This document shows, in pieces, positions 1-10,085 of a DNA stretch of 64,000 nucleotides. Numbering within the stretch: the stretch's first letter is position 1; each line of letters begins with the position of its first letter. Origin of the DNA: Fibrobacterales bacterium (lineage in GTDB: Bacteria > Fibrobacterota > Fibrobacteria > Fibrobacterales > JAOPTW01); contig JAOPTX010000007.1 of assembly GCA_051532055.1 (NCBI GenBank), positions 32,001 through 96,000 on the forward strand, read 5' to 3'. The position numbers were made by a program, and so were the translations under genes. Under the pieces are notes generated by a model, which saw only the letters and a list, made by a program, of their open reading frames with translations, had not been told where the DNA came from and searched no databases.

Positions 1-397
1 CATCAAAAGTCCTCGACACCAGGGGAAATGCTGCATACCGAGTAACCCCTAATTCATGCACAACATCATCTTCACCTGTTTCATCTACTATAATGTGCTG
101 ATTACAAAAAAGCGCATCAGTATAGGCCCCCGAGAAGAAGTCAAGGCCAAACTGCAATTCAAATAGTTTTGACTCATCACAGCCTAAACTACGCACAGGT
201 ACCAGAGTGAAAGTCTCAGCACTAATTTCAAAAAATATCTGCTGTTCAAAATGAAGCATCTCTTTGAGGCCCAAAGAGAGTGAAGTATAGAGTGATTTTA
301 AGTCTCGAGACGACGAAATAGCCCGCCCAATATCATGGGTTACCGCAAAAGCACTCTGTTGCTGCTTTAATCGTTCCTCAAACTCTTCTAAATTCAC
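1..397 (-). CDS. GAF-domain-containing signalling protein, N-terminal part (runs off window start)
   Basis: Hand translation from GTG 397, with GGAG upstream: MNLEEFEERLKQQQSAFAVTHDIGRAISSSRDLKSLYTSLSLGLKEMLHF...RYAAFPLVSR. Open to position 1. The 'I.RAISSS.DL..L' helix and 'AAFPL' strand are typical of GAF domains. Confidence 0.65.
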   Translation of the reverse strand, partial: MNLEEFEERLKQQQSAFAVTHDIGRAISSSRDLKSLYTSLSLGLKEMLHFEQQIFFEISAETFTLVPVRSLGCDESKLFELQFGLDFFSGAYTDALFCNQHIIVDETGEDDVVHELGVTRYAAFPLVSRTFD

Positions 398-602
398 TCA
401 CCATCTCCGGATCATGTCACCGTTACGTAGCTCACTGCTCAAATGTTACTATTACTCTATAATAATCTCATTTTTTTACTTTTTGAGCTACCCTTTATTG
501 TATCCCCTTAACAATTGCAACTAATTGAGTTAAATAGGGTTGCAAGAAAAGCACTAAAATCTAACTTTAGATCCCGATTTTCACTGTATATAAAGAGATA
601 CC

Positions 603-1313
603 ATGACAGAAGAAACCCAAAATCACGATAAGCTCCAGTCTTCAGTACACAAAAGTGTTGAGCACGTAAGAACTAAATTGGTTCCCGATTATGGATCAAA
701 AATTGTTATTGCCCTAATTATTATGACTGGATTAATTATCGGCTTCATTTCAATGAAAAGTGGAGATGCACAAAAAATTAAAGCTGACCGTGAGACTCTT
801 GGTAAAGCAATCTACTTCATAAACGCTAATGAAAATGATTCGGCAGAAGCTGCACTCCAGAATATCTTTACCAAAGCTGAAATTGCACCTACCATCGCAG
901 CAAAGGGTGCACTCCTCTATGGAAACCTATTATTAGAAAAAGGTGACATTACTGGAGCGCAAGAAAAATTTGTTCTCGCAATTGCAAAGGCTGGCACACA
1001 GCTTATGATTAAATCAGCTGCAGAGCACGGTGTTGCAACAAGCTACATCCAACAAAAAGAGTATGCAAAAGCTATTGCAGCACTCAACGCCTACATGAAA
1101 AATTATGCACGCAAGACATCTGCACTTCCTGGAATTGAATCTCCAACAGATCTTGTTGTTGATATTCCCGATGTACTCTGGAAAATTGCACTGTGTCAAA
1201 AAGAGCTTAAAGACACGGCAGCTGCAAAAGCAGCATGTCAAAAGATCATCGACTTATACAATACAAATAGACAGTTTAGCTCAAAAGCGCAAGCACTCAT
1301 AGCTTCACTGTAA
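603..1313 (+). CDS. Membrane-anchored tetratricopeptide-repeat protein (YfgM-like)
   Basis: One N-terminal TM segment (IVIALIIMTGLIIGFI) followed by Ala-rich TPR-like helices. Confidence 0.7.
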   Translation: MTEETQNHDKLQSSVHKSVEHVRTKLVPDYGSKIVIALIIMTGLIIGFISMKSGDAQKIKADRETLGKAIYFINANENDSAEAALQNIFTKAEIAPTIAAKGALLYGNLLLEKGDITGAQEKFVLAIAKAGTQLMIKSAAEHGVATSYIQQKEYAKAIAALNAYMKNYARKTSALPGIESPTDLVVDIPDVLWKIALCQKELKDTAAAKAACQKIIDLYNTNRQFSSKAQALIASL

Positions 1314-1336
1314 TTTACCTCTGTTCGTATATTTGT

Positions 1337-1364
1337 AAGGCTCCTCAATTGAGGAGCCTTTTTT
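1337..1364 (+). terminator. Intrinsic terminator
   Basis: AAGGCTCCTC-AATT-GAGGAGCCTT followed by a T run. Confidence 0.85.
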
Positions 1365-1451
1365 ATTTTCGTCCACAATCCAGATATGTAAAATTATAAG
1401 TAGTGCTTATTTGTTCACTATAGTCCCATCACAAAATACTACCTTTGAACT

Positions 1452-3419
1452 ATGCGCGAGTTCCAATTAGAATCAGAATATAGCCCTGCGGGTGACCAAC
1501 CCAAGGCAATTAAAGATTTAGTGACCAATTTCAATTCTGGTGATACTCACCAGATGTTAATGGGGGTTACTGGGTCAGGTAAAACCTATACCATGGCCAA
1601 TGTGATTCAACAACTCAAGAAAAAAACCTTGATCATGACTCACAATAAAACACTCGCAGCACAGCTCTATCAAGAATTTAAAGAATTTTTCCCCCACAAT
1701 GCTGTAGAATATTTCGTCAGCTATTATGACTACTATCAACCAGAAGCCTATGTCGTACGCAGTGATACTTTTATTGAAAAAGATGCGAGTATCAATGATG
1801 AGATTGACAAACTCCGTATGCGTACAACTACAAGCCTTCTTACCCGTGACGATGTAATCGTTATTGCATCTGTATCATGTATTTATGGTCTCGGCTCACC
1901 AAAAGAGTGGGAGAAAATGATGCTCAGTCTGAATGTGGGTATGGAGGTTGATCGCGATGACCTACTCCGGCATCTGGTAGAAATTCAATATAGTCGCGAT
2001 GATATCGAACTCAAACGCGGAACATTTAGAGTACGTGGTGACGTGGTGGAGATTCACCCTTCCTACGAAGATTTTGCCTACCGTATCGAAATGTTCGGTG
2101 ATGAGATTGAAGCAATTCATGCTATTGATATTTTAACCGGTAAAAAGCAAGATACCCTTGCTAAAGTATTAGTTGCCCCCGCAAAGCACTATGTAACTGG
2201 TGAAGGAGATATTGAGCGTATTATGCGAGACGCAAAAGCAGAAATGAAGGCTCGTGTTTCTGAACTCCGTAAAGCTGATAAACTTATTGAAGCACAGAGG
2301 CTTGAGTCCCGCGTTAACTACGATATGGAGATGCTCGAAGAGACGGGATCATTTTCTGGAATTGAAAACTACTCACGTTTAATAGAAAACCGAGCGGAAG
2401 GAACCCGCCCTTCAACACTGATTGATTTTTTTGGCGATGATTTTTTACTGATCCTTGATGAATCCCATGTAAGTATCCCTCAAATAGGCGGCATGTATGG
2501 TGGAGACCGTTCTCGGAAAAATAACCTTGTCGATTACGGCTTTCGTCTACCCAGCGCCCTTGATAACCGACCAATGAATTTTGGTGAGTTTGAAGAGAGT
2601 AATCCTTCAACCATACTTTATGTATCTGCTACTCCTGGTAAATACGAAATGGAACAAACTGGAGGGGCTGTTGTAGAACAGGTAATCCGACCTACAGGAC
2701 TTCTTGACCCTACAATAGAGCTACATCCATCTGAAAATCAAATCGATTACCTTATTGAAAATATTCAACAAGTAGTCGAGAAAGGTGAACGGGTATTAGT
2801 AACAACCCTCACCAAAAAGATGGCGGAAGACCTCACTGACTTTTTGAAAGAGGCCAAAATAAAAGTGACCTATATGCACTCTGACATCAAGACCCTTGAG
2901 CGCACTGAGATTATCGCTGGTTTGCGCAATGGAACAAATGATGTGCTCGTAGGAATCAACCTATTAAGAGAAGGCCTTGATATCCCCGAAGTTTCACTTG
3001 TCGCAATACTTGACGCTGACAAAGAAGGGTTTCTACGCAGTTACCGCTCTCTCATTCAAACAATGGGTCGAGCTGCTCGAAATGTAAATGGACGCGTAAT
3101 CCTATTTGCCGACAAAAATACTGATAGTATGAAAGTTGCTATCAATGAGACCCGGAGACGACGCACACTTCAAGAAAAACACAACTTCAAGCATGGGATC
3201 ACTCCGGTAACGGTTAAGAAAAAAATTGCTAGCACCATTAAAATAGTCGACCCCCTTGAGGATGCTACAAAAGACATTGCGACTACAGCACAAGAAGACC
3301 GTGATGCTGACTTAACTCCAGAAGAGATCGAAGCACGTATGCACGAAGCAGCCGCAAACCTCGATTTTGAAGAAGCTGCACGCCTCAGAGACCTCATAAT
3401 AGATTTAGAAAAAGAGTAA
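1452..3419 (+). CDS. uvrB: Excinuclease ABC subunit B
   Basis: [17 protein letters not shown] Walker [14 protein letters not shown] beta-hairpin, [18 protein letters not shown] and C-terminal UVR domain ([11 protein letters not shown]). Confidence 0.98.
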   Translation: MREFQLESEYSPAGDQPKAIKDLVTNFNSGDTHQMLMGVTGSGKTYTMANVIQQLKKKTLIMTHNKTLAAQLYQEFKEFFPHNAVEYFVSYYDYYQPEAYVVRSDTFIEKDASINDEIDKLRMRTTTSLLTRDDVIVIASVSCIYGLGSPKEWEKMMLSLNVGMEVDRDDLLRHLVEIQYSRDDIELKRGTFRVRGDVVEIHPSYEDFAYRIEMFGDEIEAIHAIDILTGKKQDTLAKVLVAPAKHYVTGEGDIERIMRDAKAEMKARVSELRKADKLIEAQRLESRVNYDMEMLEETGSFSGIENYSRLIENRAEGTRPSTLIDFFGDDFLLILDESHVSIPQIGGMYGGDRSRKNNLVDYGFRLPSALDNRPMNFGEFEESNPSTILYVSATPGKYEMEQTGGAVVEQVIRPTGLLDPTIELHPSENQIDYLIENIQQVVEKGERVLVTTLTKKMAEDLTDFLKEAKIKVTYMHSDIKTLERTEIIAGLRNGTNDVLVGINLLREGLDIPEVSLVAILDADKEGFLRSYRSLIQTMGRAARNVNGRVILFADKNTDSMKVAINETRRRRTLQEKHNFKHGITPVTVKKKIASTIKIVDPLEDATKDIATTAQEDRDADLTPEEIEARMHEAAANLDFEEAARLRDLIIDLEKE

Positions 3420-3532
3420 TTCTTCTTCACACATCCCATTTTGACACATCTACATCCTTATGGGTCCCTAATTATTGTACAAATTTGAGGTTATTAGGTA
3501 CATTTAAGCCCAGAATAGCTCGAGGAATTGCA

Positions 3533-4939
3533 ATGAGAATTATAATAGTTGGCGCAGGTACTGTAGGGAAACAACTCGCAGGAAGGCTCTGTGAAGAGGG
3601 TCATGATATCATTGTTATTGATCACAACCACAACAAACTCCGCCTCCTCGAAGAGTACTACGATCTTCAGACAATTACCGGTAATGGAACGAGTGTTGAC
3701 GTACTCGAAACAGCCAACATAGCAAAATCTGATCTCGTAATCAGTGTAACCAACTCAGATGCCTCAAATGTACTTATTGGGAAACTCGCCTCCCAAATGC
3801 AACCAAAAACAAAAAACCGTGTAGCTCGAATACGCTCATCTCAATGTTTTCTTGACCCTACAATATTGACCCCCAATGATATGGGGATAAACCTTGTTAT
3901 TTTCCCCGAAGATGAAGCCGCTCGTGAAATTCACAATCTCATTTTACGTCCTTTTGCCGATCAATGTTTTCAATTCCTCGATAATAGAGTTGAAATAGCG
4001 AGTCTTACTATACAAGACAATCACAAATTGGTTAATGTCACCCCCGATCTCCTTCCTAACCTTTGTAAGCATCCATTTAAAATCGTCTGTATTGTCCGAG
4101 ACGAAACCCCCATTATTCCAGTTAACTGGCACGGGTCATTCCTCCCCGCTGATAAAATCTATATTGCAGCCGAAAATCAACATCTCACCTCTGTTGTTCA
4201 AGATCTTGGGTTCCCAGTGAAACCAATCAAAAAGATTTTTATCTATGGTGGTGATAATGTTGGCATGCAAGTAGCACGTGAATTAGAAACAACTGACATT
4301 CAAGTGAATATCATCGAATCATCAAGACAACGCACCAAAGAAATGGCTTTTCTCCTCAATAAAGCACTTGTTCTCCACGGTGAAGGAACGGATTCAAACC
4401 TATTAGAAGGTGAAGGGGTTTCTGAAGCAGAAGCATTTATTGCTGCAACTCAAGATGAAAATGCCAATTTACTCTCCTGCCTATTAGCCAAACGGCTCGG
4501 GGCCAAAAAGACCATTAGTCTTGTTGCAAAGCCAGATTTTGTACCGCTGATCTCGAACCTGAATGTCGATTCAGTGATCTCGCAACGCCTTATCACCATT
4601 AATAAAATTATGCAATTCGTTCGTCGTGGCGCCATTAAAGCAGTGGAAGAACTCATCGAAGACAAAGTCCAAGCACTACAATTCAATGTTACTGAACAGA
4701 CTCTTGTCACCAATGAAAAACTCAGTTCTTCTATATTTAAAAACGAGTTCCCATCTAATGCTATTATTGTGGGTCTTATTAGAAAAGAGAACACTGAGAA
4801 TGAGAATAACGTTGACGACGGCATTATTACAAAACGAGCTTTTATCCCTGATGGCAACACCGAGCTTAAATATGGTGATACTGTTTTACTCGTATGTGCA
4901 AATAAAACACTTCCTAAACTCGAAGAATTTTTCGCATAA
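3533..4939 (+). CDS. trkA: Trk system potassium uptake regulatory subunit
   Basis: Two RCK-N Rossmann motifs (IIIVGAGTVG; IFIYGGDNVG) plus RCK-C domains. ATG 3533 follows a GAGG SD. Confidence 0.92.
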   Translation: MRIIIVGAGTVGKQLAGRLCEEGHDIIVIDHNHNKLRLLEEYYDLQTITGNGTSVDVLETANIAKSDLVISVTNSDASNVLIGKLASQMQPKTKNRVARIRSSQCFLDPTILTPNDMGINLVIFPEDEAAREIHNLILRPFADQCFQFLDNRVEIASLTIQDNHKLVNVTPDLLPNLCKHPFKIVCIVRDETPIIPVNWHGSFLPADKIYIAAENQHLTSVVQDLGFPVKPIKKIFIYGGDNVGMQVARELETTDIQVNIIESSRQRTKEMAFLLNKALVLHGEGTDSNLLEGEGVSEAEAFIAATQDENANLLSCLLAKRLGAKKTISLVAKPDFVPLISNLNVDSVISQRLITINKIMQFVRRGAIKAVEELIEDKVQALQFNVTEQTLVTNEKLSSSIFKNEFPSNAIIVGLIRKENTENENNVDDGIITKRAFIPDGNTELKYGDTVLLVCANKTLPKLEEFFA

Positions 4940-4999
4940 GTCATTCAACCATAGAAACTAAGAACTAAAACCCTAGTTTCTCAAATGTTAATTTTTTCG

Positions 5000-5027
5000 T
5001 TAAGTCCCCTTTTTTAACATCCGATAT
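5000..5027 (+). promoter_or_regulatory. Putative sigma-28 (FliA/SigD) promoter
   Basis: TTAAG-N15-TCCGATAT versus consensus TAAA-N15-GCCGATAA/T; intergenic. Confidence 0.6.
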
Positions 5028-5033
5028 TGAAGA

Positions 5034-5130
5034 TATAGGCACCATTTGCTTTGCTAATGGAGACGCTATCATTGTATAAAGGGTTCCACGGATGGATGCA
5101 TGCTTCAAGGATGAAGGCAAGCCCTTTACC
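5034..5130 (+). ncRNA. Candidate CsrA/RsmA-binding small RNA (or structured leader)
   Basis: Stem TAAAGGG(5077-83)/CCCTTTA(5122-28) encloses hairpins TCCA-CGGA-TGGA and CTTCA-AGGA-TGAAG. Ends are estimated. Confidence 0.45.
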
Positions 5131-5237
5131 ATAAATACTCTACTATTTTAAAAATTCTCTCCAGAGTTAAGAGTTCGGACTTGGGAGCAGAATCAAATTG
5201 CTATATTGCTGTGTAATAACAAACCACAGGATTTGCG

Positions 5238-7109
5238 GTGCTTGCTCAAGTAAAAAAACGGATTAAAAACTCTGAAATATTAGCGGTTTCTCAACGCATT
5301 GCCCAAAACAAGATCCCCTCATATAAATATCGCCCTCTTACTGACACTGAGATTGCCGAACTTATTCAGAATGGCAATACGTGCGATGATTGGACTCGAA
5401 TTCAGGCTGACCTACAATTCACAACTACTCAAATTCGCAACACTACCTTTTGCGGAAAGGTCTATCTCCCAAAATTCTTTGGTAATCTGATGGCACCTGG
5501 TGGAGTCTCAGTACCTGCAGGCATATTTAATTCGTCTATCAATAACAGTATTATTGAAAATTGCCACCTCTTTAATGTTTCAACACTTTCAAATACTATC
5601 GTTTCACACAGCGCCCTCCTGCGCAATGTAGGCTCTGTTATAGGCTCTGGTAAAACTCATTTTGGAGTGGGCCGCAAACTAAATATTGGTGATGAAACCG
5701 GCAACAGAACACTATTAGCGTTCCCTGAAATTGATCTTTCTATCGCAACAGCTGTTGTGATGAACAAGGAGGATATTGACTTTCAAAACGAGTATACTGA
5801 ACTCATTGAAGAATATCGAGAAAATTCTCTATCACCCTTTACCTTTATTGATCAAGAAGTAATTATTTCGAACACCACCAATATCCGAAATGCTTGGATT
5901 GGACGAAATGCCCGCATTGATGGAGCTATTCGCATTAAAAACTCTGTGATACTCAGTTCAATGGAACAGCCCAGTGCAGTCTATGATGGAGCAATCATTG
6001 AAAATGCAACACTACAATGGGGTTGTGAAGTGTGTTCATTGGCCCTTGTTGATCACTCAATACTTCTTGAAGAATCATCAGCCTCTAAGCAAGTTAAAAT
6101 AACCCACTCAGTTATTGGATCAAATACACACCCAGAATCTGGAGAAATCACCTCATCTCTCATTGGACCTTTTGTCGGCATGCACCATCAATCACTACTT
6201 ATTGCAGCGCTGTGGCCAGATGGTTGTGGCAATGTAGGCTATGGAGCTAATGTAGGGAGCAACCATACAGGGCGTCTTCCCGATCAAGAAATCTACCCAG
6301 GTCAAGGAATGTTTTTTGGCCTGAGCACTAGTATTAAATTCCCGGCAAACTACTCTAAATCACCATGGTCGCTCATAGCAACGGGAGTCACCACACTCCC
6401 TCAACGCCTTAAATTCCCCTTTTCCCTCATTACCGAAAGCCAAGGAAGCACACCACAACACCTCCTCCATCTCAACGAACTCCAGCCCGGATGGGTTTTT
6501 AGATACAATGCATTTGCCTTAGCACGAAATGAAATGAAATTTTCTAAACGAGATAAAAGTCGTCGAAATAAAGCGCCCTACACCTACATTACTAAAGAAA
6601 CTGCACAAATGGTTCTTGCGGCATGGCATCGTCTTAACACCATCGTACAAGTCAAAGAGTACTACACCGAAGAAAATATTGAAGGACTCGGAAAAAATTA
6701 CCTCACTGAATCTAAAAGGCAACAAGCGCTTATCGCCTATGCAGATTACCTCGAGATGTACGCCCTTCGACGAATCATTTCTAAACTTGAAACTAAAGAA
6801 GAGCTACTCGCTTCAGAAAAACCAACGGTAAAAAAACTATTCAATAACGACATCATGAGAGACATTGCACGCATTGTCACTTTTCCAGCCTCTACCATCC
6901 AACTCCTCAAGCGCTATCGCAAAGTCGAAAGAGCATGGACAGACGCTATAAGAGAATCAATTCAAAAAGACTTTGATCGTGGGGTTAAGGTTTTCGATGA
7001 CTACACCGACATTCACTCACCCGATGAACCTTCTCTACAATTTATTCAAGATACTTTTGATAACAATAGGAAAAGGGCAAATAACTTAATTGCCCTTGCT
7101 AAAAATTAA
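5238..7109 (+). CDS. DUF4954-family protein (left-handed beta-helix-like repeats)
   Basis: YRPLTDTEIAELIQNGNTCDDW N-terminus, hexapeptide-like repeats, and GPFVGMHHQSLLIAALWP..GNVGYGANVGSNH motif recalled for this family. Confidence 0.7.
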   Translation: MLAQVKKRIKNSEILAVSQRIAQNKIPSYKYRPLTDTEIAELIQNGNTCDDWTRIQADLQFTTTQIRNTTFCGKVYLPKFFGNLMAPGGVSVPAGIFNSSINNSIIENCHLFNVSTLSNTIVSHSALLRNVGSVIGSGKTHFGVGRKLNIGDETGNRTLLAFPEIDLSIATAVVMNKEDIDFQNEYTELIEEYRENSLSPFTFIDQEVIISNTTNIRNAWIGRNARIDGAIRIKNSVILSSMEQPSAVYDGAIIENATLQWGCEVCSLALVDHSILLEESSASKQVKITHSVIGSNTHPESGEITSSLIGPFVGMHHQSLLIAALWPDGCGNVGYGANVGSNHTGRLPDQEIYPGQGMFFGLSTSIKFPANYSKSPWSLIATGVTTLPQRLKFPFSLITESQGSTPQHLLHLNELQPGWVFRYNAFALARNEMKFSKRDKSRRNKAPYTYITKETAQMVLAAWHRLNTIVQVKEYYTEENIEGLGKNYLTESKRQQALIAYADYLEMYALRRIISKLETKEELLASEKPTVKKLFNNDIMRDIARIVTFPASTIQLLKRYRKVERAWTDAIRESIQKDFDRGVKVFDDYTDIHSPDEPSLQFIQDTFDNNRKRANNLIALAKN

Positions 7110-7113
7110 AGAA

Positions 7114-7147
7114 GTATTTCATTCGGCACTCTAGCCGAGTGAAATAC
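7114..7147. terminator. Hairpin between convergent genes (probable bidirectional terminator)
   Basis: GTATTTCATTCGGC-ACTCTA-GCCGAGTGAAATAC, 14-bp stem. Confidence 0.7.
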
Positions 7148-7157
7148 CATTTTCTAT

Positions 7158-7451
7158 CTAAATTGAATCAAGAGTATCAGATATCATAGTTCCCTGTGCA
7201 GCAACATTCATACCACTTCCGAGCATATCGAGACCCGTCAGATGATTTGCTGATTGCATCGCTCTTTGGTTTTGCTCTGCAATTTGGGTAGCCACGCTAC
7301 TAATATCATTTATAGCCGCCTCTTGAGAATAAAGCTCTTTTACTTCATTCTCATTTAACAGTGTAGATTCTGAATCTTTTTTATACGAAGTAGCCCCACT
7401 TGTTTGTGGATGCACTCCCCCTCCTGGGGTATTTGATTGTATTGGATCCAT
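7158..7451 (-). CDS. Small hypothetical protein (97 aa) behind a sigma-28 promoter
   Basis: GGAGGG SD 8 nt before ATG 7451 (MDPIQSNTP...). Has its own promoter and a downstream hairpin. No family recognised. Confidence 0.7.
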   Translation of the reverse strand: MDPIQSNTPGGGVHPQTSGATSYKKDSESTLLNENEVKELYSQEAAINDISSVATQIAEQNQRAMQSANHLTGLDMLGSGMNVAAQGTMISDTLDSI

Positions 7452-7598
7452 TTTCATTCCCTCCATAGAACGAATAGTTCATCATGAGCGTTTCCATGCT
7501 CACTCTTTTTGAAAGGGTCGAGACGTTATATCAATGAGATACATGCTCTCCAACATGCATCTCATTATTCTGTCTCGGGACTCTCTCCCCTAGTATTA

Positions 7599-7625
7599 AT
7601 ATCGGCAGGATATCAAAAACCTTTA
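7599..7625 (-). promoter_or_regulatory. Sigma-28 (FliA/SigD) promoter
   Basis: Minus strand TAAA-ggtttttgatatcct(15)-GCCGATAT, an exact consensus match. Confidence 0.8.
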
Positions 7626-7721
7626 GGCCTTTTTATCATTTACCATATTTTCATTTGGATATAGGCCAAATTCATTAATTTTAGGCAATTTTTCTATATT
7701 GTTCTATAAAAAGCTGGCTCC

Positions 7722-8972
7722 ATGACATCACAGACTCTACTCATTATCTTTATTTCTCTTTTCGCACTCAACACATTTATCACCTTATTTCTGGAAAAGA
7801 TCAATACCAATAATTTAAAAAAATTCCCTTTAGCGCCCGGCCAATTTTCCACATCAATTACTGAGAACGAATATTTAAAAAGTCAGAAGTATACAAAAAA
7901 CAAATCTCAATTCTCCATTGTTTCTTCACTTTATTCTGCAATTATAACCCTCATAATCCTTTTTTCTGGACTCCTTCCCTGGATAGATCAAACAGTACTT
8001 AAAATATTTTCAGTCCAATCGAATCCACTCAGCCACTCAGTGCTCGTACTTCTCTTCCTTTCATTTATTGCCAGTATTCCTCACATACCCTTTAAACTCT
8101 ATAGCACATTCAAACTCGAAGCCAAATATGGCTTTAACAAACAAACCATCAAAGAGTTTGTCATAGATGAAGCCAAAGCACTCCTTCTCTCTCTGATTAT
8201 TGGAGTTCCCTTTCTCTTTGCTGTTTTCTGGTTTTTTGAGGCTACTGGACCACTCTGGTGGCTTTGGCTCTTTAGCTTTATCGCCCTCTTTCAAATCATA
8301 ATGATGGTAGTTTACCCCATATGGATTGCCCCACTGTTTAATTCGTTCACCCCTCTTGACGAAGGAGAACTCAAAGACAGACTCAACGACCTCGCGCAAA
8401 AAGCCTCATTCACCACCCAAGGCATTTTTGTCATGGATGGCTCAAAGCGGTCAGGTCACTCTAATGCTTATTTTACAGGGTTCGGCTCATTTAGAAGAGT
8501 CGTCCTCTATGACACCTTAATTGAGCAACTCACAACAGATGAACTTGTTTCAGTCCTTGCACACGAGATCGGCCACTACAAAAAGAATCACATCTATAAA
8601 ATGTTAACCCGAGCATTACTTTTTATGGGTTTTGGCCTCTATATCCTCTCACATGTTATCAGCTGGGAACCACTATACACTAGTTTTAATGTAACCCCAA
8701 GTCATCACATGGGGCTCTTCTTATTTATGACTATACTCTCTCCACTCCTGTTTTTCATAACCCCATTAACGAACCTCTTCTCTCGTAAATATGAATATGA
8801 AGCGGATGCATATGCCGTGGCAATTACTCATACCAAAGAACCAATGCAACAAGCACTCATCAACCTCAGCAAAAAGAACCTGAGTAATCTGACGCCCCAC
8901 CCCTTATACAGCGGCTTTTATTATTCTCATCCCACAACACTGGAACGAATAGATGCGATTGAAGAGTTGTAA
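7722..8972 (+). CDS. M48A (Ste24/CAAX prenyl protease-like) zinc metalloprotease
   Basis: Multiple TMs, MDGSKRSGHSNAYFTG, HEIGH zinc motif, EYEADAYA, YSHPT..ER. Confidence 0.93.
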   Translation: MTSQTLLIIFISLFALNTFITLFLEKINTNNLKKFPLAPGQFSTSITENEYLKSQKYTKNKSQFSIVSSLYSAIITLIILFSGLLPWIDQTVLKIFSVQSNPLSHSVLVLLFLSFIASIPHIPFKLYSTFKLEAKYGFNKQTIKEFVIDEAKALLLSLIIGVPFLFAVFWFFEATGPLWWLWLFSFIALFQIIMMVVYPIWIAPLFNSFTPLDEGELKDRLNDLAQKASFTTQGIFVMDGSKRSGHSNAYFTGFGSFRRVVLYDTLIEQLTTDELVSVLAHEIGHYKKNHIYKMLTRALLFMGFGLYILSHVISWEPLYTSFNVTPSHHMGLFLFMTILSPLLFFITPLTNLFSRKYEYEADAYAVAITHTKEPMQQALINLSKKNLSNLTPHPLYSGFYYSHPTTLERIDAIEEL

Positions 8973-9032
8973 TCCCTGAATAACTAAAAATTTGTATTTT
9001 ATATCACAATCTTTAACTATGGTCTCAGTGTA

Positions 9033-10085
9033 ATGAATTTTCGAAATAAAGCCTTATTAGTTTTCTTCATTATAGCAGCTTCAATCATAAATGCATCTCC
9101 TCCCTATGCTCCCAAAGGTGATGTAAGAAAAACAACCATAGATGACTTCTATAAACATCCAAAGGTTGGAGACGATTTTAACGAGACATGGCGTTATAAC
9201 ATAACCCTCACTAATGGCACTAAAATTTTTCTCAATTACACCTCTATGAAAGTTCCTATGAAAGGGACCCAATGCGGTACTAATATATCACTCTTTAATT
9301 TTCACGGAAAGAACTATCAAGTTGGCCGTCAATACCCCGCCGCACGATTCAAACAAGATAAATCTCAACAATTATTGAGTATTAAAAATGCAACGGGTAA
9401 AGATAACGTCTTCTATATGAAAGGCAAGCCAGGGCCAGGCCACACTATTAAATTTCTCACATCAAAAAACGAAGGGTTTAATATTGAGCTCTTAGTTACT
9501 AAAAGCTATCCAGGGCTCGTAAAGGGTGACGGTATTTTTGACATTAGAGGAAAAAAAACAGGGCTCTTTATTCACCTTCCTTCTGCAGAAATTAAAGGAA
9601 CTGTTCATGTAGGCAATATAAAAGAACACGTAACGGGAACCATGTACATGGAACAAATATGGCAGTCTCACCTTTCAACTGAAACTTCTTCTCATGCATT
9701 TCAAATGTATGGAGACAAAAGCCCTCTCATGGGAAACATTATTGTCGGTTCAAAATCTCTTAACTCAAATATTTTTGGCTATGCAATTAATCGTCAAGAT
9801 ACCACACTCATTTTCCCAAAGATTGTCACATCCAAGGGCGCGACTATTTCGTACAAAAGTAGCGCAATAAGCGACCCAATTTTCACCTTTTGGGACCGTG
9901 AAAGACCGTTTATCGGGAGTACCTTTACTCGCCAACAACGCTACTCAGTACTTCTCACTATTGATGGATGGTTTGCTAAAAAAGCTGCCAAAATGGCAAT
10001 GGGGGGAGAAGCTATTTTCAATAGAGGCGTCGGCCTCCTCAACAACCTCCCCATTGATTATAATTTCTATCAACTGGATGACTAA
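9033..10085 (+). CDS. Secreted hypothetical protein (beta-rich, possibly AttH/lipocalin-like fold)
   Basis: Signal peptide, 'ETWRY' near the N-terminus and 'GTMYMEQIW'. The fold assignment is tentative. Confidence 0.55.
   Translation: MNFRNKALLVFFIIAASIINASPPYAPKGDVRKTTIDDFYKHPKVGDDFNETWRYNITLTNGTKIFLNYTSMKVPMKGTQCGTNISLFNFHGKNYQVGRQYPAARFKQDKSQQLLSIKNATGKDNVFYMKGKPGPGHTIKFLTSKNEGFNIELLVTKSYPGLVKGDGIFDIRGKKTGLFIHLPSAEIKGTVHVGNIKEHVTGTMYMEQIWQSHLSTETSSHAFQMYGDKSPLMGNIIVGSKSLNSNIFGYAINRQDTTLIFPKIVTSKGATISYKSSAISDPIFTFWDRERPFIGSTFTRQQRYSVLLTIDGWFAKKAAKMAMGGEAIFNRGVGLLNNLPIDYNFYQLDD

Noticed and set aside
5036..5056. GGCAC...TTGC resembling a sigma-54 promoter
   Set aside because: Spacing is 3 or 8 nt instead of the strict 5 nt between GGCAC and TTGC
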